In this document: positions 10,881 through 23,496 of the stretch, one piece after another
How the letters are laid out: every line of letters starts with the position of its first letter
Numbering within the stretch: the stretch's first letter is position 1
From: Takakia lepidozioides
Lineage: Eukaryota > Plantae > Bryophyta
Assembly: GCA_030704615.1 (NCBI GenBank)
Contig: CM060732.1
Span: 36,394,001 to 36,458,000, forward strand
DNA length: 64,000 nucleotides
Direction of reading: 5' to 3'
Notes under the pieces: model-generated
The model's input: the letters and a program-made list of their open reading frames with translations, nothing else
What the model was told of the DNA's origin: nothing
The model's database searches: none
Made by a program: the position numbers and the translations under genes

Positions 10881-13800
10881 ATGGTATCAGAGCCTAGTCT
10901 TTCTTAAAGTTGGGATTGAATACTCTCTTTAGGAGGATTCGATTAAGATGTTTATTTTTTTAGAGATTTTGTTGTTAATATTTTTAAGTGTTGAATAGAT
11001 AATAGTGATGGTGCGTCATAACGATAGTATAAAAAATTTATGGACTTAAATCAACCCATTTTCCGTGATTTTCCTTCAGAATGCGAGTTTAAAATTATAT
11101 GTCGTCGTAAGGCAGAAATTAGAGATATGATAGTATAGAGATTTGGAGAGGGACAATTTCAAGAAGTGTTACAAAACCCACGACCTATCATCTTTCCTAT
11201 AATTAGAAATTGGAATGTGTACATATGTGTATATACATAGTTCATGGATCGAATATTTTCCGCCTAATTTTCCACCGCCAAATGTATTTAGTATCAATGT
11301 GTGCATCATCGACAAACATCATCTTGTAAGATTTTTAGTTGCAGAATTTGAAGTATAATTCATGAACCTTGTCATGAGTTCAAACGTCCCTTTTGTATTA
11401 CCAATAGTCGCGTACGGGATGGTTTGGGATTGCACTATTTATATATTGTATTAGGATAAGAGAATAGAGATAGTATACATTAATTTTAGAAGACAAACAC
11501 CATGAAGGAAGGAGTAGTGGAGCAAGATGGCGGACAATGAAGAAATGGTGGACAACGCACACACTACTCATCAAGCCAATGATCAGACGGTGTGGATAAT
11601 GGAGCACTTACACGAATTGAAGAATGCTCTTGTCACGACCCAACAACAAAACAACATTGGAGGAGCTTAAACAAGTGAGACAATCAACCGCCCCGGGACT
11701 GGTTGCTGATGGGTCAGATATGTTACTGCAAAATATGATCAAGACGTGCAAGGTCGAGCCGTATAAAGGAGGTCAAGCCGTATAAAGGAAGTCGCGTCAT
11801 AGGAGTGCTAGAAGGATGGATTTATTGAATGGAGGTATATCTGTCATATTTTCCTACATCAAGCGATTTGGACCACGGAATATTCATACAATCTTTTCTA
11901 CTCGACAATGCTTCAACATGGTTACAGACATGGGAAAGAAGACAGATTGCAACAGGAGAACTTTTACTATAGAGCACCTTGAAAGCGGGACTGCTCCAAC
12001 AATTCAAGGCAGTAGATGCTGTTACAACTGCTTGAATGAAATTATGGAATTTGAAACAACGCGGGAGTGTGCAAAATTACATTGAAGATTTTTTTAATCT
12101 TCAAATTCAAATCGAAGACATGAGTCCTGCAAGAAGCTTTAGACAACTTTAAAAAGAGCATTGAAGAAGAAAATTCAATGAAAGGTAATTTTACGCAATT
12201 CGGTTGATGTCCACGAAGCAATTTCATGGGCCCAAAAAATTGAAGGGATGCTACCAAGATACGACGAAGGTATACACGTTCCATTGAACCAATACAGACC
12301 AACGCCTATGGAGCTTGGAAATCTTCGAATACGAGATAACTTCCAATACTCTCAAAGAAATAGGCCGGGAATTAGATATGAGGAAGATAACACACAACGG
12401 CGAATGAAATTGAATGACAAGGATGTGACCTCCTCAACATTCTCACGAACAGAAGGACAAAGGGAAACTAGACAATGTTACAACTGTTGAAAATACGGAC
12501 ATCTTGCGGTCAACTGCCGAAGTGGAAGGTACAATCGACAAACTTATCGAAGACCTCTTAACAGTTTAAGGAGATGAGAAGATAACGAACATCGCAATAA
12601 GCAAGAAAACGAGGACAACCAGTAAGTAGACATCATGGTCATACTTGTTCTACGAAGAAGAGGAAAGGCGATGGGCCCTACAAGGAGAAGAGACAAATCA
12701 ATTATGCGGGCAAAAAATAGACGCAATTAATTGTGGCAGATGGAACCTTGGAAGGTATTCATGTAAGAGTGTTGATGGACCCTGGGGCAACAGAAAACTT
12801 CTTATCTAGAAAGGCTGCCTTGAAACTATAACTCCCCTTAGAAAAGGATGAAAGAGATGAAGTAGAAATGTCAAATAGACATACAGAGGCCATTGAGACA
12901 CTACATAAAAATATAGAGTTGTCGATCGATAAATATAAATAAACCTTAGAATGACGAGTGGTCAGACTGGCTCGATATGACGTAATATTAGGCATGCCTT
13001 GGATGGAATCTCACAACCCTGATGTTGATTGGCGTCGAAAGATAGTCAAAACCCAGAATTGGAAAACATGGGGAGATCGAGTGATGACATCATATCGAAA
13101 CCTACCATCGTTTGTTATAGGTACTACAGCTATATGTAAGAAAGACATATTATTTGTAGATTTAATAAGAGACGTGGAAAAAAAAAAAAAAACATGAGTG
13201 AGGTCTCTATAGAAGATGTTTTTCCAAATGACCTACCAGCACGGCTTCCGCCAAAGAGAAGAGTAGATCATAAGATTGAGGTTGTTCTAAGTAGTACTCC
13301 TTCTTGTAAAGTGCCTTATCGAATAGCACCAAACAAGTTGAAAGAATATAAGGCTCAAACCGAGGATCTATTATCAAAAATGTTTTATAAGACCAAGTGT
13401 ATCCCCGTAAGGAGCGCCGGTGTTGTTTGTGAAGAAAAAAAATGGAGCAATGCGCATATGCATTGATTATCGAACACTCAACCAGCAGACAATGAAGAAC
13501 AAGTATCTGTCACCACGCATGGATGATCTATTTGACCAACTGCGATGAGCAAAATACTTTACGAAGCTTGATTTGAGGAGTGGATACAACCAAATTCGAG
13601 TCGCTGATGAAGATGTAAATACGACCGCTTTCCACACTAGGTATGGACATTTTGAATACATTGTTATACCATTTGGTCTCACCGATGCCCTAGCCACATT
13701 CATGGGCCTCATGAATGATATCTTCCGCCCATTCTTAGATAGATTTGTGATAGTATTTTTAGATGATATTTTGATCTATTGTAACAGCCTTGTCGAGCAT

Positions 13801-15025
13801 AGAAATCATCTCAAACAAGTATTACAAGTTCTGAGAAAATAGAAGCTATTCAGTAGTGGATAGCCCCTGAAGACATTACCCAATTAAAGAATTTTCTTGG
13901 TTTTACCGGATTCTACAGACGATTTGCACGGGCATTCTCAAAGATTGCCCAACCATTGACAAATCTTTTGGGTAAATAAATTAGATGGAAGTGAGGTACA
14001 GAAGACGAGTTAGCATTTCAGGCCTTGAAGGATGCGTTGCTTCATGCCCCGATCTTGAAATGGTATGATCCGACAAGAGTAATCAAGCTCTCGGTAGATG
14101 CGCCAGGCTCAGTAGTGGGTGGGGTGTTACAACAAGAATGAGAAGACGGATGGCACCCAGTGACATATTTTTCTCGCAAATTGTTACATGCGGAACAAAA
14201 TTACCATACAACCAAACAAGAAGAATTAGCTATTGTTTTGGCTACAAAATATTGGAAGCGTTATCTTGGAGACACAAAGTTCATAGTGGAGACAGACCAT
14301 AAACCGTTGGTGTACTTGAAGACACAAAAAGATCTATCGAAGAGACAGATTCGTTGGGCGGAGCGGCGACAACAACTTAACATGATGATCGTCTATGTGG
14401 AGGGAAAACGACAATTGGTCAATGCAATGACAAGGATGTCGCGCATGAATACATTGACAGAAATCAACATTCAACCCGATTGGTGGAACAAGATAGCGAC
14501 GACTTCTAAAGATGATGGGGAGATCGTGGACGCTAAGAAGAAGGACAAAGTGACAGAAGTTCGAAAGTTGGTATTCAAGGAAGGTAAACTTTGGATCCCT
14601 GATGAACATGCATTGAAGATAGAAGTCTTGTTTGAAGCTCATGATACGGCGATAGCAGGACATGTTGGAGTTGAAAAAACATCGAACAACTAAAACGAAC
14701 ATTTTATTGGCCGCAGATGTGAGACGAGGTGTACGTTCGAAGTTGCATGAAATATCAACAAAACAAGTCAACAAACCGCAAGTCAACAGGTCTTTTACAA
14801 CCACTACCAGTACCAAACAGACGTCGGGAACATATGAACATGGATTTAGTTTGTGAGTTACCTCAAACCTTATCGGGATACGACACTATAGTGGTCTTTG
14901 TCAACAGCCTATCATCCGGAGTCAGATGGACAGACAGAACGAGCGAATCGTACAATTGAGGACATGTTGCGGGCCTTTACATTAGAAGAACAAGAAGAGT
15001 GAGATTGGTTATTACCAGTGTTGGC
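10508..15025 (+). mobile_element. Decayed, 3'-truncated Ty3/Gypsy LTR retrotransposon
   Basis: LTR plus PBS, gag PTPMELG and knuckle CYNC*KYGH, protease VLMDPGATENF, RT (RSGYNQIRV...PFGL...FLDDILIY), RNase H (YFSRKL...ETDHKPL) and a partial integrase with an internal deletion near 14910. Many stops and frameshifts. No 3' LTR seen. Confidence 0.92.
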
Positions 15026-15926
15026 CGGGTATTACATTTTGGGCATATTGAAGGGTCTGGGTAAAGCATCTTCGTTTAAAATGTTATGGAGGCGATTATA
15101 TATAATGTAGTGTTTTGAAAATTAAGGCGGTTAGAGGTTATCAATAGAAAGGTCCCAAAAAAAAGTATCCCCGTTATCAATATGCCGGTTATCGAAGTGG
15201 AAGACTACCGGTCCCATATAACGGTTAGGTTCAGCTATGATATTTTTAGATTTTAAGAGGACCAGAAAATAACAATAATAATAAAGAGATTTGAAGAGTC
15301 GCAGGCGGTTACACAAACCAGGCTACTAAAATCATTTCGTATCTTTGCAGTCTTTCCAGCCTCCAGCAATAGCTTCCACTGGGATGCAAAGAGAGACAAA
15401 CACCGATATAAATATATAAAGAACTGATTTCCTTGATCCAATTTCTTATCATATGACAGGTCACATTGGGAAGTTGGTAGTTGTGGTCACCAGTCCCACC
15501 TAACTATAGACTTCAGATGAGGTGTAGCAGAATGGACCATTGTTGTCAAGATGATATCATTATGAATAGCTATGGGTATGATATACCACTGTGCAGGCTT
15601 CAGTTGCCAGTTTCCACCCTCAAAAATGCAAGTGAAGCATGTTAGTATGCTTGATGTTAGTATGCGAGATGCTTAATGTGCGGTTCGTCTCTGTGCAGTC
15701 GAAGACATCCAGTGCAATATTCCAGGCTCTAACATCCCGACCTTGAGAAACACAAAATTTGTTGTGAAAATTGCATTGTTATTCCACATGCATTTAACAT
15801 GTCGGTAATGTGCCATCTTTCCACGCGTTTTCATTTTGCGCAGAACCTGAGAGTTGACTGTGACATACACATCATGCTAGGAGCAGATTAATAATGACAT
15901 AAAGACACCTTGGGACAATTTATTAC

Positions 15927-16063
15927 CTCTTCTCACACTCGTCAACCAGTGCCTCCATTGGTAGTGAAGAGCACACAGACAAGATAAGGTCCTTGATGAA
16001 ATCCTTGGGGTGGCCATCATCCAGCAATTGCCCAACCACCAGAGGCGCATTTTCAGGGTTCAC
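15927..16063 (-). pseudogene. CHC: Isolated clathrin heavy chain exon
   Basis: [46 protein letters not shown] resembles plant CHC [46 protein letters not shown]. Bounded by AG/GT. No rest of the gene recognised. Confidence 0.85.
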
Positions 16064-17049
16064 CTGCACAAGAAGGATCATTAGGAAATTTATTTGCATG
16101 GACATAAAAGTGACTGTTTGACCTCCAGGGCAAGTATGATGTACATCCAGACACACTTCAAAAATTAATCAGAGACCAAACTAGATTAAAAAGAACACAA
16201 AAGACGGGAAAATATATTCAATGCTCATAACAGGTCTCCACGTTCACTCAGTGTATTCAGGATATTTCCTATTCCTCCAAGAGCAGATGCACTCAGGCCT
16301 AATGGAATGTATACCTATCACCCTTTAGCACTTGAAGCACCTCTACCTCTCGCAAGTACTTTAGGTCCACTGATGCTCAGGAGTATAACCTCCAGCAGGC
16401 CCTCCATGAATTTCCTATCCACAACTCTCCAATAGTTTCCAATCTTAACCTCGTGGAGGGCCTTCAACGCATCTTTCAGCTGCCTACTGTTGGCTTGTAC
16501 ATCGTTAGCAAGATCATCTCATGTGTACAACCCTCCCTCCATATCATGATCAATGTGCCAGTTTCATATTCAGAACCCTATCAAGTAGCTTTCTTCTGAT
16601 GGCAATTGGAGGAATCCCTTCCAGAACCACATTTCCAAAGGGCTACATAAGATAGGACGTCCTATCATAACAGGAAATATGAATCTCACTAGCACTAGGT
16701 ACCACATACATGACATCTCTTCCTGAAACGATTGAAGTGTGTGTCAAAGCACAGGTGAAAAATATCAGGCATCCCCATCGAAGCTGCAAACATTGAATGA
16801 AGAGCTACATGATAACTGACTGGTGAGGAATGAATCATCGGGCAGGGCATCTTGAAATCTGACTACGCAACAACAAGTGAATAGATTGATTTGTACAACA
16901 TTGGGGGGACACTCACTTCATCTCCATCAGGATCTTTAGCATTTGGCCGCTGGCTGAGAAAAGCTTTGAGTGTGTGAAGCCTGGGTGCGGTCTCCACCAA
17001 CTCCAAATGCCCTGAGGCAGCGGCCACCAGCCCAGAGCATACTTTAGTA

Positions 17050-18000
17050 TGAGTGGCAGTGATACCGCAACTAGATCTTTTACAAGTGCATAAGGTGGAG
17101 GACTAAAGTGTAGAGATCAACAACATCATTCCAGCCCCAATTGTGGCCATGCATACTAGGTGAAACTCCTCAGCCACCTTGGATCAGGTGATAAGTGAGC
17201 CCTTCAAAGAGAAGGTTTGTAGGAATCACATCAGTTTTATCCACACTCTAGGCACGACCTTGTACATTAGAAAGTGTTTAGATTGCTTCTCCCTTAACAT
17301 ATAAATTACTCAAGTTGCCGTGGTTTGACAAAAGATGAATATACTGGCAGCCTCTTTGCCCTTGCTGAAACCAGTGCCATAGCCTGAAACAGTCCACTTA
17401 TCAACAATCATCTATAGGGTAAGGAAAAGGAAAACAAAAGCAGATGAAGCATGATGGAAGGGAGGGACAGATAGACACAAGAAGCACCTTTGCAAGGTTG
17501 GCCATGCCAACAACATATAGAAAGTGTTGAGGGCACATCGGCGACACAACCTCTAGTCCTGCACCTATGTCACACATAACAAACACGGTTTCCCATACCC
17601 ACCCACAAGCAATTGAGTACCACCCCCAAGGCCCTGTTACCCTAATTTGTTGCTTGGAAATTGCCAAACTTCTACCCAAATCCTAGCCAAATGTCTGTCA
17701 GTCCACTGTTGTTGTGGGGCAACCAAAATCCTTCCCCCCAGTCTCCTTCAGGGTACATCTCATGGAGGCATCATTCAAAGAGAGGTAACAGTTTTTCTTT
17801 TCTAAACATACTCCTGCAAATATGTAGATGTATTGGCTTTTACCACAAGATCGCCATCGCTTTGGCTTAGAATCCATGCAAGCCCCCATGCTGTTGCACA
17901 CCAGCCTCTTGAGGATACAGTAAGCATGTTCTCGGATGGCAAAAGTGGAGCAGTCTTCAACCAAATTGAGAACAGAAAGCACCTCAACTTGCCTCAACTT
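17050..18000 (-). pseudogene. Highly decayed ARM-repeat-like (possibly U-box/ARM) coding remnant
   Basis: Short minus-strand peptides LSVLNLVEDCSTFAIREHAYCILKRL and GTGFSKGKEAA resemble ARM helices. Many stops. Confidence 0.3.
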
Positions 18001-18762
18001 GCCACGTACATCTGCTTCACATAGGGACTAGTTGAAGAGCAGCCACATATTGCCAGACACCTCTCTGCCCTCTGCCTCTCTGTCTCAACATCATTCATTG
18101 AAAATTATGCCGAACACTTTCTATAGCAAAATCTGTCAATGCATAACCAACTCGATGTTCTCATAACTCCCACTACTGTAGCAAGAGGGTGAGGGCTCTC
18201 TTTATTAAAACCTTGGCAATATTCCTGACAAGTTAGGAAATGCATACCCTAGCAGGCCCGTGGAGTATAAAACACACCAAGTGCAAACATATAGTGGAGC
18301 ATGATGAAACAAATCATCTTCAAGAACACGTTGGTTCAACCAAACAAGGAGAAGAGGCACAAGTCATAAAGAAATGATAGAGCATGTCGTGGTCAACTTG
18401 ACATGTGTGTCAATTAGTGTGCAGGCCTAACTCCATTCTATTTGTCCTCCAACCTGCGCCAACCCAGTTTGAGCATGAATTTGAGATTTTGTACTACACT
18501 TGCAAGACCGGGGCAAGATCAGAACACACATCTTGAAAATGTTATGCACATCAAATCAGGTCTTGTGGTCCAGACATTGGGGATAGTGAGATACGCCACA
18601 AAACTTTTATTGGAACAAGACACTGCTTGAAATTGGAGGCCAACTTGGTGCCTTCATTCCCAAGAGAAATAAACATTCTAGTAGGTCATGAATTGTCAAG
18701 GTTAATTCTGACTAGGCAGTCATGCCCCTACTACCTCCCTAGTGCTCTAGTGCTCTAGTGCC

Positions 18763-19059
18763 CTAGTGCTCTAGATGCAGCTCCTCAAAAAAACCCGCTT
18801 CTTCTATTGTATCATAATTATCCTTGGCAAGACTAGCCTCTCTAGCCATAAAGCATTTCAAGGCACGGTCCTGAAGGTTGCAGTCAAGCTGAGGGTCATC
18901 CGGCCAATTCTTGATCACCATGATCAAACGATCCAAGTTGTCAACCTGCAAACGACAACGCCTAAGTGATGTGAGTACACCGGCAATACTAAATACACGT
19001 TCAGTCTCGGTTTGGGACCCAGGGATGCCCAAAATTTGTTTGGCCAGAAGAGATTTCAC
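18763..19059 (-). mobile_element. hAT transposase C-terminal dimerisation-domain fragment
   Basis: LLAKQILGIPGSQTETERVFSIAGVLTSLRRCRLQVDNLDRLIMVIKNWP. Confidence 0.88.
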
Positions 19060-19143
19060 GGAAACATCAGAGTTCTATATGCGGGTTTCAGGTTGGTGAA
19101 TGTCATCGGTGGTACACCATCCCATAGCCCCCACCTGGAAAAA

Positions 19144-19205
19144 TGACGCCTCCCGAAGGGAGCGTAACTTATGGTGTCACTTCACCACAAGGGCTACTGC
19201 CTTCC
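19144..19205 (-). mobile_element. 3' part of a SINE-like repeat (family of 19451-19599)
   Basis: Reverse complement ggaaggcagtagcccttgtggtgaagtgacaccataagttacgctcccttcgggaggcgtca closely matches 40107-40169. Confidence 0.75.
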
Positions 19206-19450
19206 AGCACGAATTGGAAGAGTAACCAAACCAAGAGGATCCATCAACAATTAGGACTTCCAAGCCGTTGGCATGACACAATTTCAGTCCTAGCCGTAGA
19301 GCCTTCTAGGAGGCCGCTCAGACCCGACAGATGTCATGCCCTAATCACCCCTACTCCCACCACTTGACACCACTTGACACCTGTACTCTAAGTACCCAAA
19401 TTACGCCCAAACCATCCGCCATTTAATATCTCTCGATTTGACAACCAAGT

Positions 19451-19599
19451 TGTAGCCCAGCGGTAATGGGCACATACCACCTCGGAAGTGGTTGTGGGTT
19501 CAACCTTGGTGTCACAAAGGTGTCCACCTTCCTAGAGAAAGGCATTAACCCTTCGGGGTGAAGAGACACCATAATTTACGCTTCCTTCGGGAGGGGTCA
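19451..19599 (+). mobile_element. tRNA-derived SINE-like element
   Basis: A-box-like TAGCCCAGCGG, B-box-like GGTTCAACC, a 3' hairpin acgcttcc-TTCG-ggagg and an AT-rich tail. Related copies at 40003-40169 (+) and 43396-43523 (-). Confidence 0.7.
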
Positions 19600-19629
19600 A
19601 ATATTATAAATATAATTATTATCTCTAGT

Positions 19630-19932
19630 CACTGGACGTTAAAGAAACTTTATCTTTATCTTATCTTCTTTTGTTTTTACCCCCTTGAACAACGGATATT
19701 TATTCAAATTGCTATGTAGCTTACTATATGCCCCCGCTTTTTAATTCGTGGACCACCCTCTAATCTTCACACCTACCACAAACCTGGGGCCTTATCCTTA
19801 TTTATTTAGCCTCTAATCACATTGTCTAAGCTAGCTAGAGCATATCTCGTAGCGGTGCACTTAACACAAGAAAATCAATCCAAAGGGGAATAAACATTGT
19901 TGACATTTATAAGGTTTCTTTAACGTCCAGTG
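19630..19932. mobile_element. Small element with CACTG-starting 24-bp TIRs (CACTA/EnSpm-like MITE)
   Basis: cactggacgttaaagaaactttat ... ataaggtttctttaacgtccagtg (1 mismatch). Flanks agt/aat form an imperfect 3-bp TSD. Confidence 0.7.
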
Positions 19933-20001
19933 AATTTACAGAGCCTACTGCTCAACACACATGCCATCAAGGGCCCAATGGACGGTCTGAAGGCACATGT
20001 T

Positions 20002-20076
20002 GAAGGATTCAACCCAGGATCACATAATACCTAGGTTATGCAGAGGCAAGGCACAAACACCTAACCACTGGCTACC
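20002..20076 (-). other. Degenerate tRNA-like / SINE-head sequence
   Basis: Minus strand ggTAGCCAGTGGttag...gGGTTGAATCC has A/B-box spacing, but I could not fold a clean cloverleaf. Confidence 0.4.
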
Positions 20077-22194
20077 TGCTCAAGTACAAATACCAATGTA
20101 CATTTAATGGTAATGTGCACAACTAGAGGAGTATCTTTCTTAACATTCATAGTAGTTCGACGTTTATAGAGGTAATATTTATCCAAGTGAACTACAGTAA
20201 TGTAATGCACGCGTGCGATTTGACAATATTTTTGCTGGATTTCGACATAGTCTTAGGATTATTTTCTCTCACCCCCCTTACTAAGGACTCCGTAATCTAG
20301 TAACGACAATGATTGACAAGTTAAGACTACAGTAGTTTAGTGTGGAAGCCTCTCTCGAAATAATGGCTGGACATTTTGTATTTCGATATCCCACTGAAAT
20401 GTACTGAGAGCAAAGAATGAATTGGAAAAATAGCAATTGAAATCTCTAAGTCAGAAATCTGCCCAGGCCATACACAACACCAAAGGATGCGCCTCCTACT
20501 TGCCAGAGGTGTGAAAACCGTACAGGGCACGAAAGGTGCCCTTCTGTCCGGTATTCCAGCCTACAGAGTTGTTGGAATGAGGCCAGTATGTAGGTTTTGG
20601 CTCAGTCGTTCTTAAACTGCGTGCAACAGTGTGATATATGTTGAGATGGTGTTGCTTATGAATCTGTACACCAAAACTGGTTATTTTGTCTGCTTCTCAA
20701 GCAAGATGTCACTGACTTCGACTAGTATTGCAAACTGGCAGTCTGGGGCTGCTCATATCACAATGCACTTGCACCAGGCTTGGCAATATACTTTCGGTTT
20801 GTGACCTTTGCTGAACCCATCATTATGAGGTTTTTGCAATGTGGCTCCCCTTCTTACCACCCTTTACGGGGATAATTAGCTTTGTCCAAAGATAGAGATA
20901 TGTTGGGATGGATGGCAGAACCTTGTGGTAGCAAAGAAAGAGAGCGCAGGGCCCTACACGATAACTCATCATGACAGTGGCCATGCCTTGCTTTGCAGGG
21001 TACAGTCCACCATGGATGCCCTTCACTATGCTATCAGATCTGATGGTGAAGGTTTATTGGCAATGGGAGAACTTTTCTTGACCCCCTGGATCTGAACTTG
21101 TCATTATGTGTTGCTTGCAAATGCAGGTGTTGTATGTTGTTCACATTAGAAGGGTGAAGTTCTAACTGGAAGAGGGGCAAATGCAGCAGGCATCAGCAAA
21201 GTAGAAATGGACAGCGCTGAATTGCATACAAACGGCAGCCACGCATGACTCACACGGTAAGCTTTTCAATCCCAAGAATCGCCGCCAAGGGGAGAGTGCA
21301 TCTGCCCACCCGATTCTTCTCCTTCAAATGAGTCAGTGAGCAGCAACGGCAAAGGAGCTAGAAGAGTTGTCCAATATGCACACCACAACATTACCTCCAT
21401 AAAAATTAACTGTTAATGAAACCTCCACAGGGAGGTAGTTAACCATGGCAACTGGGAACATGCAAATATAGGAACAAGCCGGTTGTACCTTCAATTTAGG
21501 TGGCTTCCTTCTCTTGTTCCCAGTGCATGCCAAGGGAGCAGGAATTGAATTCCCCTGCATCCGTGCTCAGTCTTGAAAGGTTTTATGTTGTTGGTATTTA
21601 AGTGTTTCATGGAGGATGCAATTCTTCACAGAGGAATTATGTCATAAAGGCATCTCTTTCTGTATATTGCACCCTGTGCAGTCTGATGGCACGCTCAACA
21701 AATCTCCGCACTCATATCAGGAAATGAGAATGAGACTCACCAGCAGGGAGACTCATTCAAAGCCACCTAAAACCTACTTAGAGATCAGCATTATGACACA
21801 AACAGATAATTGGAATCCAGGCTGCACATGGGAAGAACAGACTGATCCAGGCCTTCGGAGATTGTATCAGGGTACGATGGCAGTTTCAAAGATAAATAAA
21901 GCACAATTATTTTCACTGACTGCAGTGGAGATGGTTCTGTTACTGTGCGGTGCCAATCCTTTGCGGGGTCTCTTTGAGACAAAGACACGGGGATAAACTT
22001 TGACATCCAGCAGACATGGCTCACCATTCACACCTCATTGGCCATTACTAAAAAGATTAAGTCATGGATGGCAAAAGCTGAGTGGTTTGGAACAGTTTGT
22101 TACCCGGTATGATAGCCTGAAGATGCTCTGTATCCTAACAACAGAGTCTTCATCTGTTTGGGAAGAGCATCAATCTTAATTTCTAGTGTGCCTT

Positions 22195-23496
22195 CTAAGA
22201 AGTGGGTATGGCAGCCGCATCCTCCTGAGAAGAGGGACCAGCAGATAGATCTTCCTGCACAGTGGGTGTGGCAGATACAACCTCCTGCTGAGCCTTACTG
22301 ATGCTTCCCATTCCTGTTGCAAAATCTTCGCTTACATCGATTGGCACAGTGCAGCCAAGATCCCCCAGGACATTGAACATGGCCAATGTCTTCTCCTTCA
22401 ATTCCCCCAGATTCGTCTCCTTGGAATCTTCGTCTAGCTTTGCTGTAACCTGGAGCGGCCACACCTTCACCATGATAGTCAAATACTTGTCGCGTAGGGC
22501 GGTGTCAGTGCAGTGATCACGGAGCAGTTCTGCTGCCTCATGGGGCTTTCCATCCAACACAAACGCTTTGGCCAAAGAGAAGGAGCTCGCTGTGGTGTGC
22601 GCAAGACCTTGCTGTTCTCGCCATTCCTGCACTCCATAGACTTGACTTGCATCCCCCGCATTGGCAGCACACGAAATGATGATATCAAAGAGAGAGCCGT
22701 GAAACTCAATTCCGTTCACATGAAACTCTTTTGCAAGCTTCAATACCAACTCCGCGTCGCCTGACTCTTTGCACATCCTGAGTACGATGTCCGCGGTGCC
22801 AGAGGTGGGTCGAACATCATTGGCCACCATTGTCCGCAGTATGCGTTGCATCAGCTTCACATTCTTGTGTTCTTTCGCATATTTCAAAAGCATGTGCGCT
22901 TGGTCAATACAGGGGGTGAACCCATACGGGTTCAGTTTCAACAACGTCTGCAGGCCACTATTAGGGTCTCCAGATCGAAGGCAAGCTTCCACCATCAACT
23001 GTGACATGTGTATACTGAAATTGGCCTTCTGCTGCCCCTGCACTGCCTTCAAGCACCGCAAGCGGGCAGTGGCATCCATTGCCAGTTTCACGTCTGCAGG
23101 ACTAGAGCACTGCTGCAACAAGGCCCGCAACTGTCCAGCATAAGGCATGCACTTCTTGTCCATAGCCTCTTTCATATCCTTGTACAGTCTTTGGACCTCT
23201 ACCCCATTCCCTGCCACTGAATTCTCCTCGTTTGCTGCATGAGAACACATGCCCATGTATGGTTGCCTGCCCCACATACCTTCCAGATCATTGTACTCAT
23301 TTGCAAACCAAGGTAATGTGGTCAATGAGTAGCGAACCAACGGATTGAAGCCATGTCCATGGCATGAAAGTAGATCACAAAATCGCTCTTCTGCGTGCAA
23401 TACAGGAGATGATGGCACACAGTAATGCGGTTGCAGCCAGCCAACGCGTGATGAGAATCTGCACAGCACAGAACCTGCGCTCCTTAAAGGCCGCAT
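22195..23496 (-). CDS. PPR-like mitochondrial protein similar to Arabidopsis At4g15640/At3g21465 (mitoribosomal mS83/rPPR10, historically annotated 'adenylyl cyclase'); single exon, 433 aa
   Basis: Arg/Ser-rich N-terminal presequence. Motifs recalled from that family: NPYGFTP, AHMLLKYAKEHK, GTADIV, HTTASSFSLAKAFVLDGKPHEAA, VKVWP. Confidence 0.72.
   Translation of the reverse strand: MRPLRSAGSVLCRFSSRVGWLQPHYCVPSSPVLHAEERFCDLLSCHGHGFNPLVRYSLTTLPWFANEYNDLEGMWGRQPYMGMCSHAANEENSVAGNGVEVQRLYKDMKEAMDKKCMPYAGQLRALLQQCSSPADVKLAMDATARLRCLKAVQGQQKANFSIHMSQLMVEACLRSGDPNSGLQTLLKLNPYGFTPCIDQAHMLLKYAKEHKNVKLMQRILRTMVANDVRPTSGTADIVLRMCKESGDAELVLKLAKEFHVNGIEFHGSLFDIIISCAANAGDASQVYGVQEWREQQGLAHTTASSFSLAKAFVLDGKPHEAAELLRDHCTDTALRDKYLTIMVKVWPLQVTAKLDEDSKETNLGELKEKTLAMFNVLGDLGCTVPIDVSEDFATGMGSISKAQQEVVSATPTVQEDLSAGPSSQEDAAAIPTS

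Noticed and set aside
15296-15310. Next clathrin exon start (NRLRL)
   Set aside because: Only 5 codons match, there is no AG acceptor, and similarity stops immediately. It may be chance.
19451-19510. Functional tRNA gene
   Set aside because: It has A/B boxes but no convincing cloverleaf, and it is attached to a shared non-tRNA 3' body in several copies.
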